IMG/VR virus record: IMGVR_UViG_3300047548_001372
Span: 1 to 64,000 of that record
Length of the DNA: 64,000 nucleotides
Source of the DNA: a virus
Reading direction: 5' to 3' (one strand)
Of this stretch, positions 27,125 through 36,208 are shown in pieces (the first letter of the stretch is position 1; each line of letters begins with the position of its first letter). Both the position numbers and the translations under genes were made by a program. Under the pieces are notes generated by a model that saw only the letters and a list, made by a program, of their open reading frames with translations, did no database searches and had not been told where the DNA came from.

Positions 27125-27178
27125 AGTATATCACGAGTAATGCTTGTTGTCAAGTGGTTTATGTTAGCGTTGTGTTAG
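27125..27178 (-). promoter_or_regulatory. SSB promoter carrying the early box without the inverted repeat
   Basis: TTGACA-17-TATACT; TGTTAG-n5-TGTTAG 8 nt beyond the -35. Confidence 0.85.
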
Positions 27179-27489
27179 CGAATTAGTTTTGTTGTTGTTG
27201 TTGTGTGTGGATTGTAATCTTCTGCCTGCATAACCCTCTGTATAAACTGCTCAAACTCTTTAGGATCAACACGGTTAATGGTAAGATCCACAGAGTCCCA
27301 TGGCATCTGTAGAAGAATTGGCCCATTTGTTGCTACAATCCCTGTAAGAATCTCTTGCACTTCAGGATTCCAAATAATGATAGACTGCATATTAGAATCG
27401 ATAGCGATGTATACCTTTGCCTCTTCTCTAAATGATACCCTCTGCGTTTCTTGCTCTTGTACTGGTTCTTGTGTCATGTCTTGTGTCAT
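27175..27489 (-). CDS. hypothetical protein
   Basis: 104 aa; AAGGAG RBS. Confidence 0.75.
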   Translation of the reverse strand: MTQDMTQEPVQEQETQRVSFREEAKVYIAIDSNMQSIIIWNPEVQEILTGIVATNGPILLQMPWDSVDLTINRVDPKEFEQFIQRVMQAEDYNPHTTTTTKLIR

Positions 27490-27519
27490 GTGTTACTCCT
27501 TTTTATTCTTGCCCGCGCA

Positions 27520-27738
27520 TTACGCACACCATCGTTCAAAGCTCATTGCATCAACCTTCATGATCTCTTGAGCCATCTCAATAAGATCTACCCGATCACA
27601 GTCCATGTGGTTTGCTACATAGTTTACAAACAGTTTAAGTAATTCATCTTCTACAATATGCGCCATTTCATGATCTCCGATTGATGCGTAAGTTGAGATC
27701 TCTTCGATACGTTCGCGCACATGCTCAATGGTTAGCAT
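27520..27738 (-). CDS. small acidic conserved phage protein
   Basis: GD.E.AH..ED.L...F.RWCA pattern, recalled from other phage proteins; function uncertain. Confidence 0.6.
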   Translation of the reverse strand: MLTIEHVRERIEEISTYASIGDHEMAHIVEDELLKLFVNYVANHMDCDRVDLIEMAQEIMKVDAMSFERWCA

Positions 27739-27750
27739 AAGTATGCTCCT

Positions 27751-28125
27751 TTACACTACATATCTAGAATCGTAACGATCTCCGATAGTTGTATCAGTAG
27801 CGATCTGTTTTGCATTGATAACTTCAATGTCTAGTATAGCAGATTCCCACATAGCGTAATAATGATCAAGTAAAACTACTTCTCGTAAACTTTGCTCTTC
27901 TCTTACATAGAAGATAAAGCTCTCTTGAATAAGATCCATGACTAATTCACGTGCGTGATGTACTGCTAAGCCTAGATGATGTAGTGCAAGTAGGTAACTA
28001 TGGTAGTTATTTTGATTACAGTTTTGAAATGTATTCAACTTATTTTTTAACAGTTGATACTGAATATACATTTTTCTAATAACTTCTATTGCTTGATCTT
28101 CGCTTGCTGTTCGTTCGTTACTCAT
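27751..28125 (-). CDS. hypothetical protein
   Basis: 124 aa ORF with RBS. Confidence 0.7.
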   Translation of the reverse strand: MSNERTASEDQAIEVIRKMYIQYQLLKNKLNTFQNCNQNNYHSYLLALHHLGLAVHHARELVMDLIQESFIFYVREEQSLREVVLLDHYYAMWESAILDIEVINAKQIATDTTIGDRYDSRYVV

Positions 28126-28136
28126 AGCGATCCTTT

Positions 28137-28508
28137 CTATTCTGTGCGCGCACAGTATACACTACTATACCACAACTCATAAATAATATGCAAAGATGAA
28201 AGGGGTGAGTAGGATACATTATTCCTTTCCAGACTAGCAAGAAGTAGATCACGAACAAACTCTTGTGACATAATCTTACCTGCGTTTATCGCAGAGATGC
28301 TATCGGATACGCGACGTGGTAGGCTGTATGGTGTGTAGATAAGTGCAGAATCAAACGCATCGATAGTTCGCTCTAATGCTACGTAGCAATGATAGATGTC
28401 CATAATCTCATTTGGATCTGCGTTATGGATAATCGATTCCTCAGGCTCATTCCGAAAAGCCTTTCGTTGATTATAAGCAATAGGTGTTGAAAGATCTTTG
28501 TTATTCAT
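28137..28508 (-). CDS. hypothetical protein
   Basis: 123 aa; TAATG-coupled. Confidence 0.7.
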   Translation of the reverse strand: MNNKDLSTPIAYNQRKAFRNEPEESIIHNADPNEIMDIYHCYVALERTIDAFDSALIYTPYSLPRRVSDSISAINAGKIMSQEFVRDLLLASLERNNVSYSPLSSLHIIYELWYSSVYCARTE

Positions 28509-28903
28509 TAAAATGCCTCAAAGCTATCAGAAGTATCACTAGGCGTGTCGAAGAACGCTGCCGAGTTGGTAAGCATAGCCAAATCAAGCGCAGCAAGTAC
28601 GTGATCGCCATCCTCGTCACGATCTACACCATGAAGTTTCCAAAAAAGTGACGTAAACTCAGCCTCCATATACCCAATAACATATTGGTATCCAATATGT
28701 TCCCAAGGTTGAAGATTGTGCGTGTTATTTTTTGCATTTGTAATAAACTTCTGCACAAAATCTAGAGCCTCCTCTAAAGCCTCATGGGACGATGCGTTAT
28801 GAACTGCTGCTGTTGCACCAATAAAACCTGAAAGAAGCAGTGTGCGTACATTCGCAATAAACGCATCCTTACGATCCTCAAGCATCTTAATATGATCTTC
28901 CAT
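28508..28903 (-). CDS. hypothetical protein
   Basis: 131 aa; AGAAAGGA RBS and its own promoter. Confidence 0.75.
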   Translation of the reverse strand: MEDHIKMLEDRKDAFIANVRTLLLSGFIGATAAVHNASSHEALEEALDFVQKFITNAKNNTHNLQPWEHIGYQYVIGYMEAEFTSLFWKLHGVDRDEDGDHVLAALDLAMLTNSAAFFDTPSDTSDSFEAF

Positions 28904-28953
28904 AATGCTTCCTTTCTTGCTTTTCTTTATGCTTGCTTTTTCTTACCACGAAC

Positions 28954-29008
28954 ATCATAGCACAAGTCAAGCATCCTGTCAATAGGTAATTTTACCTATG
29001 TGTGCGCG
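28954..29008 (-). promoter_or_regulatory. class-2 sigma70 promoter with a palindrome abutting the -35
   Basis: ataggtaaaattacctaTTGACA-17-TATGAT. Confidence 0.75.
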
Positions 29009-29012
29009 AGTA

Positions 29013-29198
29013 CTAATACCCTAATTCCTTTTCCACATCACGAGTAAAATCATTCATCCCATCAAGAATAATCTTACGTAGTGTTGGTGTAACTAGATTT
29101 TGTTTTTCTAATTCTAAGAGCATACGCTTAATATACTTCCCGCGCAAATGTAGTAAAACCCTCTGAGTAATAGTTTTCTGTCGTAATTCTGTAAGCAT
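29013..29198 (-). CDS. hypothetical protein
   Basis: 61 aa ORF following the glycosyltransferase. Confidence 0.6.
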   Translation of the reverse strand: MLTELRQKTITQRVLLHLRGKYIKRMLLELEKQNLVTPTLRKIILDGMNDFTRDVEKELGY

Positions 29199-29203
29199 TC
29201 CCT

Positions 29204-30388
29204 TTATTCCTTAATAAGATTGTTAAACACTGCTTCAAATTGTGCGGCTACGGTATCCCAAAGGTACTCCCTTTGCGTAACCAACGCATATCCAGATTCA
29301 GCAATATACTCACGATACAATGAATCAGTATACATTTTTTCTAAACCATCAATATAACTTTGCATACTTGCCTGTGCGTGAATAGTATTTAGTCCATTGG
29401 TAGTAACGTATGGAATATCTGAAGGTTCGATATAATGTACTCCCCCGCGAGCCCATTCAGATAGTGCAGCAGTATTGACTACCATATTAGCAGTTCGTGT
29501 AGCCATACTTTCCATCGTACATAAGCCCCATCCCTCACCACCACTGGTTGATACTCGTACATCAGCAGCATTGTAGACTGCATTTAGCACACTTGTACTA
29601 ACTCCATGTGCAGGATCAAGGTTCTTTACCGTATAGATCATACGATCGGTAATACCAAAAAACTCTGCAAGCTGGGCAATATCATATCCTACATCAAGCA
29701 AAGCACCATGATACCAGAGCTTTACATTTTTTGGTTTATTGTTTGACCAAAGAGCAAACCCATACATTGCAAGATCAATTCGTTTACGTTGTGAATTACG
29801 ATCTACTACTTGTACAATGAAATCTTCTGGATCTACATTATCTGTTAATGATTTGTTTTTAATCTCAGCCCGCACAGCTTTTTTATCCATTGGAAAAAAC
29901 TCCTGCAAATCAATTCCATGGGGAATAACTGCAAGATTTTTGCTATATCCAGATTGCTGAAGTACTGATCCACCAAAATAGGTGTAAACTACTCCTTGAG
30001 TAAAGGTATGGAGTGGTTCAACAAATACTGATTTTACATTTACTGCATCAACTGGAGTATAGAACACATGTGCTGTTGGATAGGCTTTTGGTATCTCTTT
30101 TGCATACTCTGATAAAATCCAAGGATCGTTAAGATAAAAAACCACATCAGGTTTAATTTTTGTAGTAAGTTCTACAATACGTGTTAATCCATATACATCA
30201 TTAAAATCACGTAACCTGGGATTAAATAGTTTTGCTACTTGAGAAATTGGATGATAATCTCCATCGTAGTTTACTCCAAGAATATATAAATCCCAGTTAT
30301 TAGCCCAACGGTATGCAAGACTGTGGAGTACTTTTGCAAAGCCTGTATCAGCTGCTGCATCACCAACAAGAAGTAGTTTCTTTTTCAT
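29204..30388 (-). CDS. GT-B (GT4-like) glycosyltransferase
   Basis: TGFA.V, IPHGID...F.P, RN..RKR.D, YNAADV..S.S.GEGWGL...ESMA. Confidence 0.9.
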   Translation of the reverse strand: MKKKLLLVGDAAADTGFAKVLHSLAYRWANNWDLYILGVNYDGDYHPISQVAKLFNPRLRDFNDVYGLTRIVELTTKIKPDVVFYLNDPWILSEYAKEIPKAYPTAHVFYTPVDAVNVKSVFVEPLHTFTQGVVYTYFGGSVLQQSGYSKNLAVIPHGIDLQEFFPMDKKAVRAEIKNKSLTDNVDPEDFIVQVVDRNSQRKRIDLAMYGFALWSNNKPKNVKLWYHGALLDVGYDIAQLAEFFGITDRMIYTVKNLDPAHGVSTSVLNAVYNAADVRVSTSGGEGWGLCTMESMATRTANMVVNTAALSEWARGGVHYIEPSDIPYVTTNGLNTIHAQASMQSYIDGLEKMYTDSLYREYIAESGYALVTQREYLWDTVAAQFEAVFNNLIKE

Positions 30389-30406
30389 AAAATATCCTTG
30401 TATAGA

Positions 30407-30440
30407 GTGGTATTATATGTGCGCGCACATATAATACCAC
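30407..30440. repeat. perfect 34-bp palindrome
   Basis: gtggtattatatgtgcg|cgcacatataataccac. Confidence 0.95.
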
Positions 30441-30453
30441 ACATCCATCCTAA

Positions 30454-31095
30454 TTACAACTCACGAGAAACCAACACTGTATCAGTAATCTCTGAAAGAT
30501 AAATATCATGCAAGCCTGGAATATATCCAATAGGATACTCCAGACGAACAGGAGATGCTAGTTTCTTTCGGAAATAATCATCAAGAGCTTTAATATCAGC
30601 ATCTAGCAAGCGCTGAAGTGATCGCTCTTTACTAAGATTGGTAAAACGAATATCTTCAGTTGACCACGATACTAATTCCTCTGATGAACTAGAAACCCTC
30701 GCTTTACGCAGCAGGTAGGTTGCAGCAAGAACGATTGGTGTTTCATCATCAGACAGTAATACTGGTTGTGGTACTGAAAAATCAAGATAGGGATTACGAA
30801 ACACATCACCAGATGTTAAACCTGAAGGAATGTAGGCTTGACCATCAACGGTGTTTGCTAACACATATCCAGCAGGTACATTTGGTGGTTGTGGTGAAAC
30901 AACAATTGCAGATTCAAACACTTGATATTTTGATGACCACTTCTTCTGAAGATAGCGGATAGCATTAACTAATGCTGTGCGCACTGTGGTATCGGTGAAG
31001 ATTGATCCATCAAGATCACCAAAGTTTAAACGAATCTGCGATAGTAAGTACTCAATGTTAATTGGAGTACTGTAATACGTAACAGAAGTTGGCAT
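30454..31095 (-). CDS. putative head-tail adaptor
   Basis: l...IRl..GD......tD...aL...; C-terminal sWstedir.t..s motif. Confidence 0.55.
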   Translation of the reverse strand: MPTSVTYYSTPINIEYLLSQIRLNFGDLDGSIFTDTTVRTALVNAIRYLQKKWSSKYQVFESAIVVSPQPPNVPAGYVLANTVDGQAYIPSGLTSGDVFRNPYLDFSVPQPVLLSDDETPIVLAATYLLRKARVSSSSEELVSWSTEDIRFTNLSKERSLQRLLDADIKALDDYFRKKLASPVRLEYPIGYIPGLHDIYLSEITDTVLVSREL

Positions 31096-31259
31096 TATGC
31101 CTCCTCTGACTGTTTTGTAAGTTTTTCTGTAAGTTTTTCTAACTCATTTGCAGCAGTAAGTAATGCAGTAATTTGTGTTTCTGCTTGTCGTTTTACTTCT
31201 TCTGCTTGTTGTTTTAATTCTTGCACGCGCTTTAAAATAGTTCCCTGTGGTACGTTCAT
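31095..31259 (-). CDS. small coiled-coil protein (54 aa)
   Basis: MNVPQGTILKRVQELKQQ... read manually; TAATG overlap. Confidence 0.6.
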   Translation of the reverse strand: MNVPQGTILKRVQELKQQAEEVKRQAETQITALLTAANELEKLTEKLTKQSEEA

Positions 31260-31313
31260 TTATTATACTCCATGAGCTGACAGCATAATTTAACTACTCG
31301 TTACATGACACAG

Positions 31314-31574
31314 CTACACACCACTCCCCCCTCCTGCGGCACTCATCTGCGCTTGGTAATCTGCAATTACCTCCGGTGTGTGGATAACATTACACACAGC
31401 CCTTACTTTTTCTGCCTCTTTGCTATAATCTTGGCCTGGAGCAATGGTGTGGCGGTGATAGAATCTGCTTAGCTCTTTACCATCTTCGACGATTTTGGTG
31501 GCTGTCCTGACCTGTACAATACCGCTTTCCACAACTTCAATCTGATCAACCATCGTTAGTTTTTCTAGTGGCAT
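31314..31574 (-). CDS. tail-fibre-associated small protein (chaperone-like)
   Basis: VDQIEV.E.G.VQVRTAT.I.EDG.ELSR.YHRH pattern, which I recall following DYEEG.WT fibre genes. Confidence 0.7.
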   Translation of the reverse strand: MPLEKLTMVDQIEVVESGIVQVRTATKIVEDGKELSRFYHRHTIAPGQDYSKEAEKVRAVCNVIHTPEVIADYQAQMSAAGGGSGV

Positions 31575-31594
31575 GTTTAACTCCCTGTGATGTA

Positions 31595-32335
31595 TTAAAC
31601 AAAGTAAGACATTGAAAACATAATAGCAGAGTTGTTAGCAAAATCTGCATTTGTCAACGCTGTAAGTGCTCCAGCGTTAGTTGTTTCACCTAAAGCAATA
31701 TTTGTACTGTTAATAACAGCGTATGCCTGCGGAAAGTCCGCAAATGTGATGTTTTGAAACAATCCTATTGATGCTGAAGGATATGCTGAAGCTAAGTTTA
31801 GCACTGCAAATGGCAGTCCTGTTATTGTAGCAGATCCAGTAGAAGTTCCTTTGTTTGAAAGAATTACATAACCAGAAACCGTGACTTGTCTGCCAATTTT
31901 TGTATATGTTCCTGCATTGATCGTGTAAGTCACACCAACACTCGCCCCACCAAACGCAATACCAATCGTCCAGGTACCCTCCTCATAATCATTAAGTATT
32001 TCTGATGTCATCCCGGTCGCTTCTGACGTAGCAGCAAAGCTGAGACCAATACCGCTTGGAAAAACAATATTTTGATTGAATGTATTTATACCAGTAAATG
32101 TCTGATTTGCGTTCAGCCTAGCTGCTGTTCCTGTACCATCAACAGTTAGTGTATAGTTTCCTGTTGCGGGGGAAGTGGTAATTTTTATACCTCCGCCCCC
32201 GCCTTTTACTGTCGCAATATCTCCATTTGTATCTGCATAGAGATTGATAAAGTTAGTTGCTACACCCGTGGGTGGGGTAACTTGATCTGCAAGTCGAATA
32301 CTCGTAATATTCGCTGCATTAATATTTACTGTCAT
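31595..32335 (-). CDS. short tail fibre / receptor-binding protein
   Basis: C-terminal DYEEGTWT...YTKIGRQVTV...ITGLPF domain; likely start MTVNI. Confidence 0.75.
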   Translation of the reverse strand: MTVNINAANITSIRLADQVTPPTGVATNFINLYADTNGDIATVKGGGGGIKITTSPATGNYTLTVDGTGTAARLNANQTFTGINTFNQNIVFPSGIGLSFAATSEATGMTSEILNDYEEGTWTIGIAFGGASVGVTYTINAGTYTKIGRQVTVSGYVILSNKGTSTGSATITGLPFAVLNLASAYPSASIGLFQNITFADFPQAYAVINSTNIALGETTNAGALTALTNADFANNSAIMFSMSYFV

Positions 32336-32346
32336 GTAATTTTCTC

Positions 32347-35300
32347 CTAAACACAATAGCTAATAGTTGCTTCAAGAATATTAGCAACAAATCCAGTCGC
32401 CATATCTGCTGGTGCAAGAACAAGAGTATCTCCGTCAGCTGTATTTCTAAAGTACAGATTTGCGTATTTTGTATTTGGTTGCACTGCAATTGCGCTTGGT
32501 CGATCGTCGGCAAAGTCTACTGATCGTGCAATAGATCCTGCTGCACTGGCATTAAGCACGTTTGCTGCTGTAAAAGGTAATCCTTCAACACATACTGTTC
32601 CTGAAGCACTGCCTATTGTCATAGCAGAAGTAGAAAGTACAAACCAGGCAGTAACCATATTACCAATTTTGGTATATCTACCGTATCTAATCGCGTATGT
32701 TACTGATGTAAAATTAGTTCCAGTAGTTGTGTATGTTGGTGTCCAATTACCTTCTTCATAATCAACAAGCACTTTTGATGTCATTCCAATAGCACCGCTA
32801 TTACTGGAAAAATCAATACCATTTCCAGATGAAAATGACACATTATTTGTTACAATAGAAACTGGTGCACTAATGATAAAATTGTCTGACCATAACCTAA
32901 CCTCATTATCAGCAGTCATCCATAAATCTTCTGCATCTAGCCTCAAAGTATAAGTAGAGCGTATGTCAATTTCTTGTGGAAAAAATGTTGAACCACTTAC
33001 ATATGCTGGTGTAGCAGTAATTTCTCCGATTTGTACAATATTATTTGATTCATAAAATGAAATACGATTAAACCTACCACCCGCAACTTCTATAAATCGT
33101 ATCTCATCATTCTCCATACGAATACCTGCGCTAGCAGTTGTAATTACTGCATTTGTAGCAAACAAAGTACCGTCAGCTTCTACACGGAATGGTGCGGTGT
33201 TTGGATCTACGTTACCAGCATAAATACGCCATGTGTTACCTCTGATAAGTGCACCATTTTCATCAATCAGATCATTAGTACCATCTGTTACAACTCCAGC
33301 AGATCCGTTTAGTGCTGCAATTGAATTGTCGCTACCAGCGGTGATTGTTGTTGCTGATGAAATACGATCACCAGTAATAGTACCTGCTTGAATCTGTAAT
33401 GCAGTAATACTACCAGTAGTAATCTTACCCCCACTAATAGTAGTAACGTTAGCATTAACATCGGCAGCAGCTCCACCAGTGGTAATTTTAGTGCTTGGAT
33501 CATAACTTGCCGCAAACGTAACATCACCATCTATTGTAATTCTATTTCCAGCAATACGAATACCTTCTGTTGATGCGTTAATAGAAGTTACTACATTACC
33601 AGTTTGTACAGGGGTGAAGTTAAGATTTGTTACGGTGATAGTATTTACATCTATCTCATCACCAGTAATGCTTCTTGCAGATATTTGCGCAGCGCTGATT
33701 GTTTTTGCTGCAATGTTAATAGCTTTAATTGATTCTGCTTCAATATCATCTGACTGCACTAACCTGCGTGGATAGAACTCTGCTATGGTGTAATTGCTTG
33801 TTGTGTTTCTATGATAGAGCCGCACAAAACGAGCCTCCACAATAACTGGTAAATCCCAGCGTGTGGTTAAACTTGCTGAGCTAGCACTAATCGCATTACT
33901 TGCTGCCGCGGGTTGATCTGGTTGTTCAGTGAGTGTTGCTCCAGCAGCGCTTACATTTATTAAATCTCCAGCAAACCACCTCCAATTACTACCATCAATA
34001 GATGTAGCAAAATAAAATTGTGTATTTGTTGGACTAAATAATCCAGCAGTAATGGTACGATAGCGCTCTAAAAGAGCCCTACTCATTTGAGTCCAGCGAT
34101 ATGTTGAACCTACTGTATACGCTACTTCAGGAGATGTAAGATTGTTATCTGCTAGTACTTGTTTTAGTTGTTGATCTGGTGTTGGTGGTGTAAGGCTGTC
34201 GGTGTATTTTGCTTCAGCGCGCAACTCTTCAAGTGTTAGTGCATCCGCAATTGCGATGTTGCTTGATGTTTCAGCAGATGTTCTGCCAAACACATCAACT
34301 TCAGCAACATGCACTTGATATGATCCATCAGTAATAATTGCAACAGAATAAATACTTTGAGGAATAAGTGCATTGTAATTACTACCTGTTTCATACCCTA
34401 ATTGCTGTGCTGGAGAGCTGCTATCAAGAAGAATATTTGAACTATCTGTTAAAACAGTAATTGCTGATGGATCAGTTGTTGTAGTACCGCCAATAGTTAC
34501 TCGATATTGATAAAACTCAGTAAATACAGTACGTGTATGTGCAACTGTTGCAGTTAGCACATCAAAATACACTTGCAGTGTAACTGCATCTGGTTGTGTA
34601 GGTGCTGGTGCTGTAGCACTTGCAGTAGCAGCTGATGTGGATATTTGTCCTAGCGCATCAATTGCCCATAACTCAACATTCAGCGTTGCATCCGCTGCAC
34701 CACTATGTTCGATCCTGTTTTGTGCTAGTGTATACACATACCTATTTGTGTATCCTATCTCTCTAGAAAGATTATCTACCTCCATCCTGTAACCGACTAC
34801 ACTTGTTGAGACAGTCCAATTGACAACCAAGTCTGGTGCAGTAAAGTTTAACGTTAAATTTTCTGGTTGTGCAGGAGGGCTTAACGTAGCAGTTCCAGTT
34901 ACCGCAGTAGGTGATACTCTGCCCAAACCATTCACACCTACAATATTCCATGATAATGTAGGATCAGCAGTAGTGTTATGTTCTGCGCGGTTTTGATCAA
35001 GTGTATAGGTATAGGATGTACCAGTAACGGTGCGGGCTACATTGTCAATTGTCAAACGATAGCTAGTAGTATTTGCGAGAGGATCCCATTTCCATGTACA
35101 CTCACCAGTTGCACCATTCCAAGTAGCACTTACATTCTGTACTGTTCCAGGATCATTCAGTGTAGCGGTATCTGATGTAGCGGTAGTAGATACTTGACCG
35201 AAAGCATCAACACCAACGATATTCCATGATAATACATTATCTGCTGTACCGTTGTGCTCTGATGCGTTCTGTTGAACACTGTAGGTATAGGTAGTGCTGT

Positions 35301-36183
35301 ATACATCTCTGGTGATGTTATCAATAGTGAGTCTATAGTAACTTGCCCGCGCAGCAGCATTCCAGCGCCATGTTGCACTGCCTGTAACAAAATCAAATGT
35401 AGGAGATCCAGCTACCAATGTAACATTTGCAGGAGTACTAAGCGTTGTAGTTAGGTTGACAGGAGTGCTATAAACGGTACCACTTGAAGCCCAACTACGT
35501 GCTTCAAGGATAACGTAGACTGATGGATCACCTCCCGTAGAATCACTTATATTTTGTGCGCGAGTATAGATATATGATTGACCACTAACAAACACTGTTC
35601 TGTAAAGTGTAGTTTGTGCGGAACTGTTAAATATACGTAGCCTCACATCACGAAAGTTTACATCAGTAGGATTAGTCCAGGTAATAGTAAGATCACCAGT
35701 AAGACTATCCCATGTACCAGCGGGTGAACTTACTGGTGCTGTTGCAACTGCATCATCTTCGCTCTCTATTTGTACGGTGTCTGTCCATTGGCTAACGACG
35801 TTTCTATGCACAGCCCGCACACGAAAACGATAAAATGTTTTTAGCCCAACAGAAATGGTAGCAGCAATATTATACGAAATTACACGCTGTGGATCAGAGA
35901 ATGTTTTTGTCGTATTGTTCCATTCACTACTTCTACCATACTCAATTTCATAGTAGGTTGGAACAATTCCTACAGGAGAACGCCATGTAAGATTGATGTA
36001 TGCTTCAGGTTTTACTGGAGACCGCGCAATACCACCATTTGCTGCTTGTAGGTTTGTTGGTTTTGCAATATTTCCTACTGGTGGTGGTACAACAGTCACG
36101 GACTGACTACGTAATGATCCACCGCCAGTTATATCTGGTTTTGTATCAATGATACGTACGGTATCTTTTTTTGATCTTGGCAT
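32347..36183 (-). CDS. central tail fibre / host-specificity protein
   Basis: 1278 aa with FN3-like repeats, a galactose-binding-like domain, I.a..Ita..I fibre repeats and a DYEEG.WT tip domain. Confidence 0.85.
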   Translation of the reverse strand: MPRSKKDTVRIIDTKPDITGGGSLRSQSVTVVPPPVGNIAKPTNLQAANGGIARSPVKPEAYINLTWRSPVGIVPTYYEIEYGRSSEWNNTTKTFSDPQRVISYNIAATISVGLKTFYRFRVRAVHRNVVSQWTDTVQIESEDDAVATAPVSSPAGTWDSLTGDLTITWTNPTDVNFRDVRLRIFNSSAQTTLYRTVFVSGQSYIYTRAQNISDSTGGDPSVYVILEARSWASSGTVYSTPVNLTTTLSTPANVTLVAGSPTFDFVTGSATWRWNAAARASYYRLTIDNITRDVYSTTYTYSVQQNASEHNGTADNVLSWNIVGVDAFGQVSTTATSDTATLNDPGTVQNVSATWNGATGECTWKWDPLANTTSYRLTIDNVARTVTGTSYTYTLDQNRAEHNTTADPTLSWNIVGVNGLGRVSPTAVTGTATLSPPAQPENLTLNFTAPDLVVNWTVSTSVVGYRMEVDNLSREIGYTNRYVYTLAQNRIEHSGAADATLNVELWAIDALGQISTSAATASATAPAPTQPDAVTLQVYFDVLTATVAHTRTVFTEFYQYRVTIGGTTTTDPSAITVLTDSSNILLDSSSPAQQLGYETGSNYNALIPQSIYSVAIITDGSYQVHVAEVDVFGRTSAETSSNIAIADALTLEELRAEAKYTDSLTPPTPDQQLKQVLADNNLTSPEVAYTVGSTYRWTQMSRALLERYRTITAGLFSPTNTQFYFATSIDGSNWRWFAGDLINVSAAGATLTEQPDQPAAASNAISASSASLTTRWDLPVIVEARFVRLYHRNTTSNYTIAEFYPRRLVQSDDIEAESIKAINIAAKTISAAQISARSITGDEIDVNTITVTNLNFTPVQTGNVVTSINASTEGIRIAGNRITIDGDVTFAASYDPSTKITTGGAAADVNANVTTISGGKITTGSITALQIQAGTITGDRISSATTITAGSDNSIAALNGSAGVVTDGTNDLIDENGALIRGNTWRIYAGNVDPNTAPFRVEADGTLFATNAVITTASAGIRMENDEIRFIEVAGGRFNRISFYESNNIVQIGEITATPAYVSGSTFFPQEIDIRSTYTLRLDAEDLWMTADNEVRLWSDNFIISAPVSIVTNNVSFSSGNGIDFSSNSGAIGMTSKVLVDYEEGNWTPTYTTTGTNFTSVTYAIRYGRYTKIGNMVTAWFVLSTSAMTIGSASGTVCVEGLPFTAANVLNASAAGSIARSVDFADDRPSAIAVQPNTKYANLYFRNTADGDTLVLAPADMATGFVANILEATISYCV

Positions 36184-36208
36184 TGATTTTTACCTTTGTG
36201 CGCGAATG

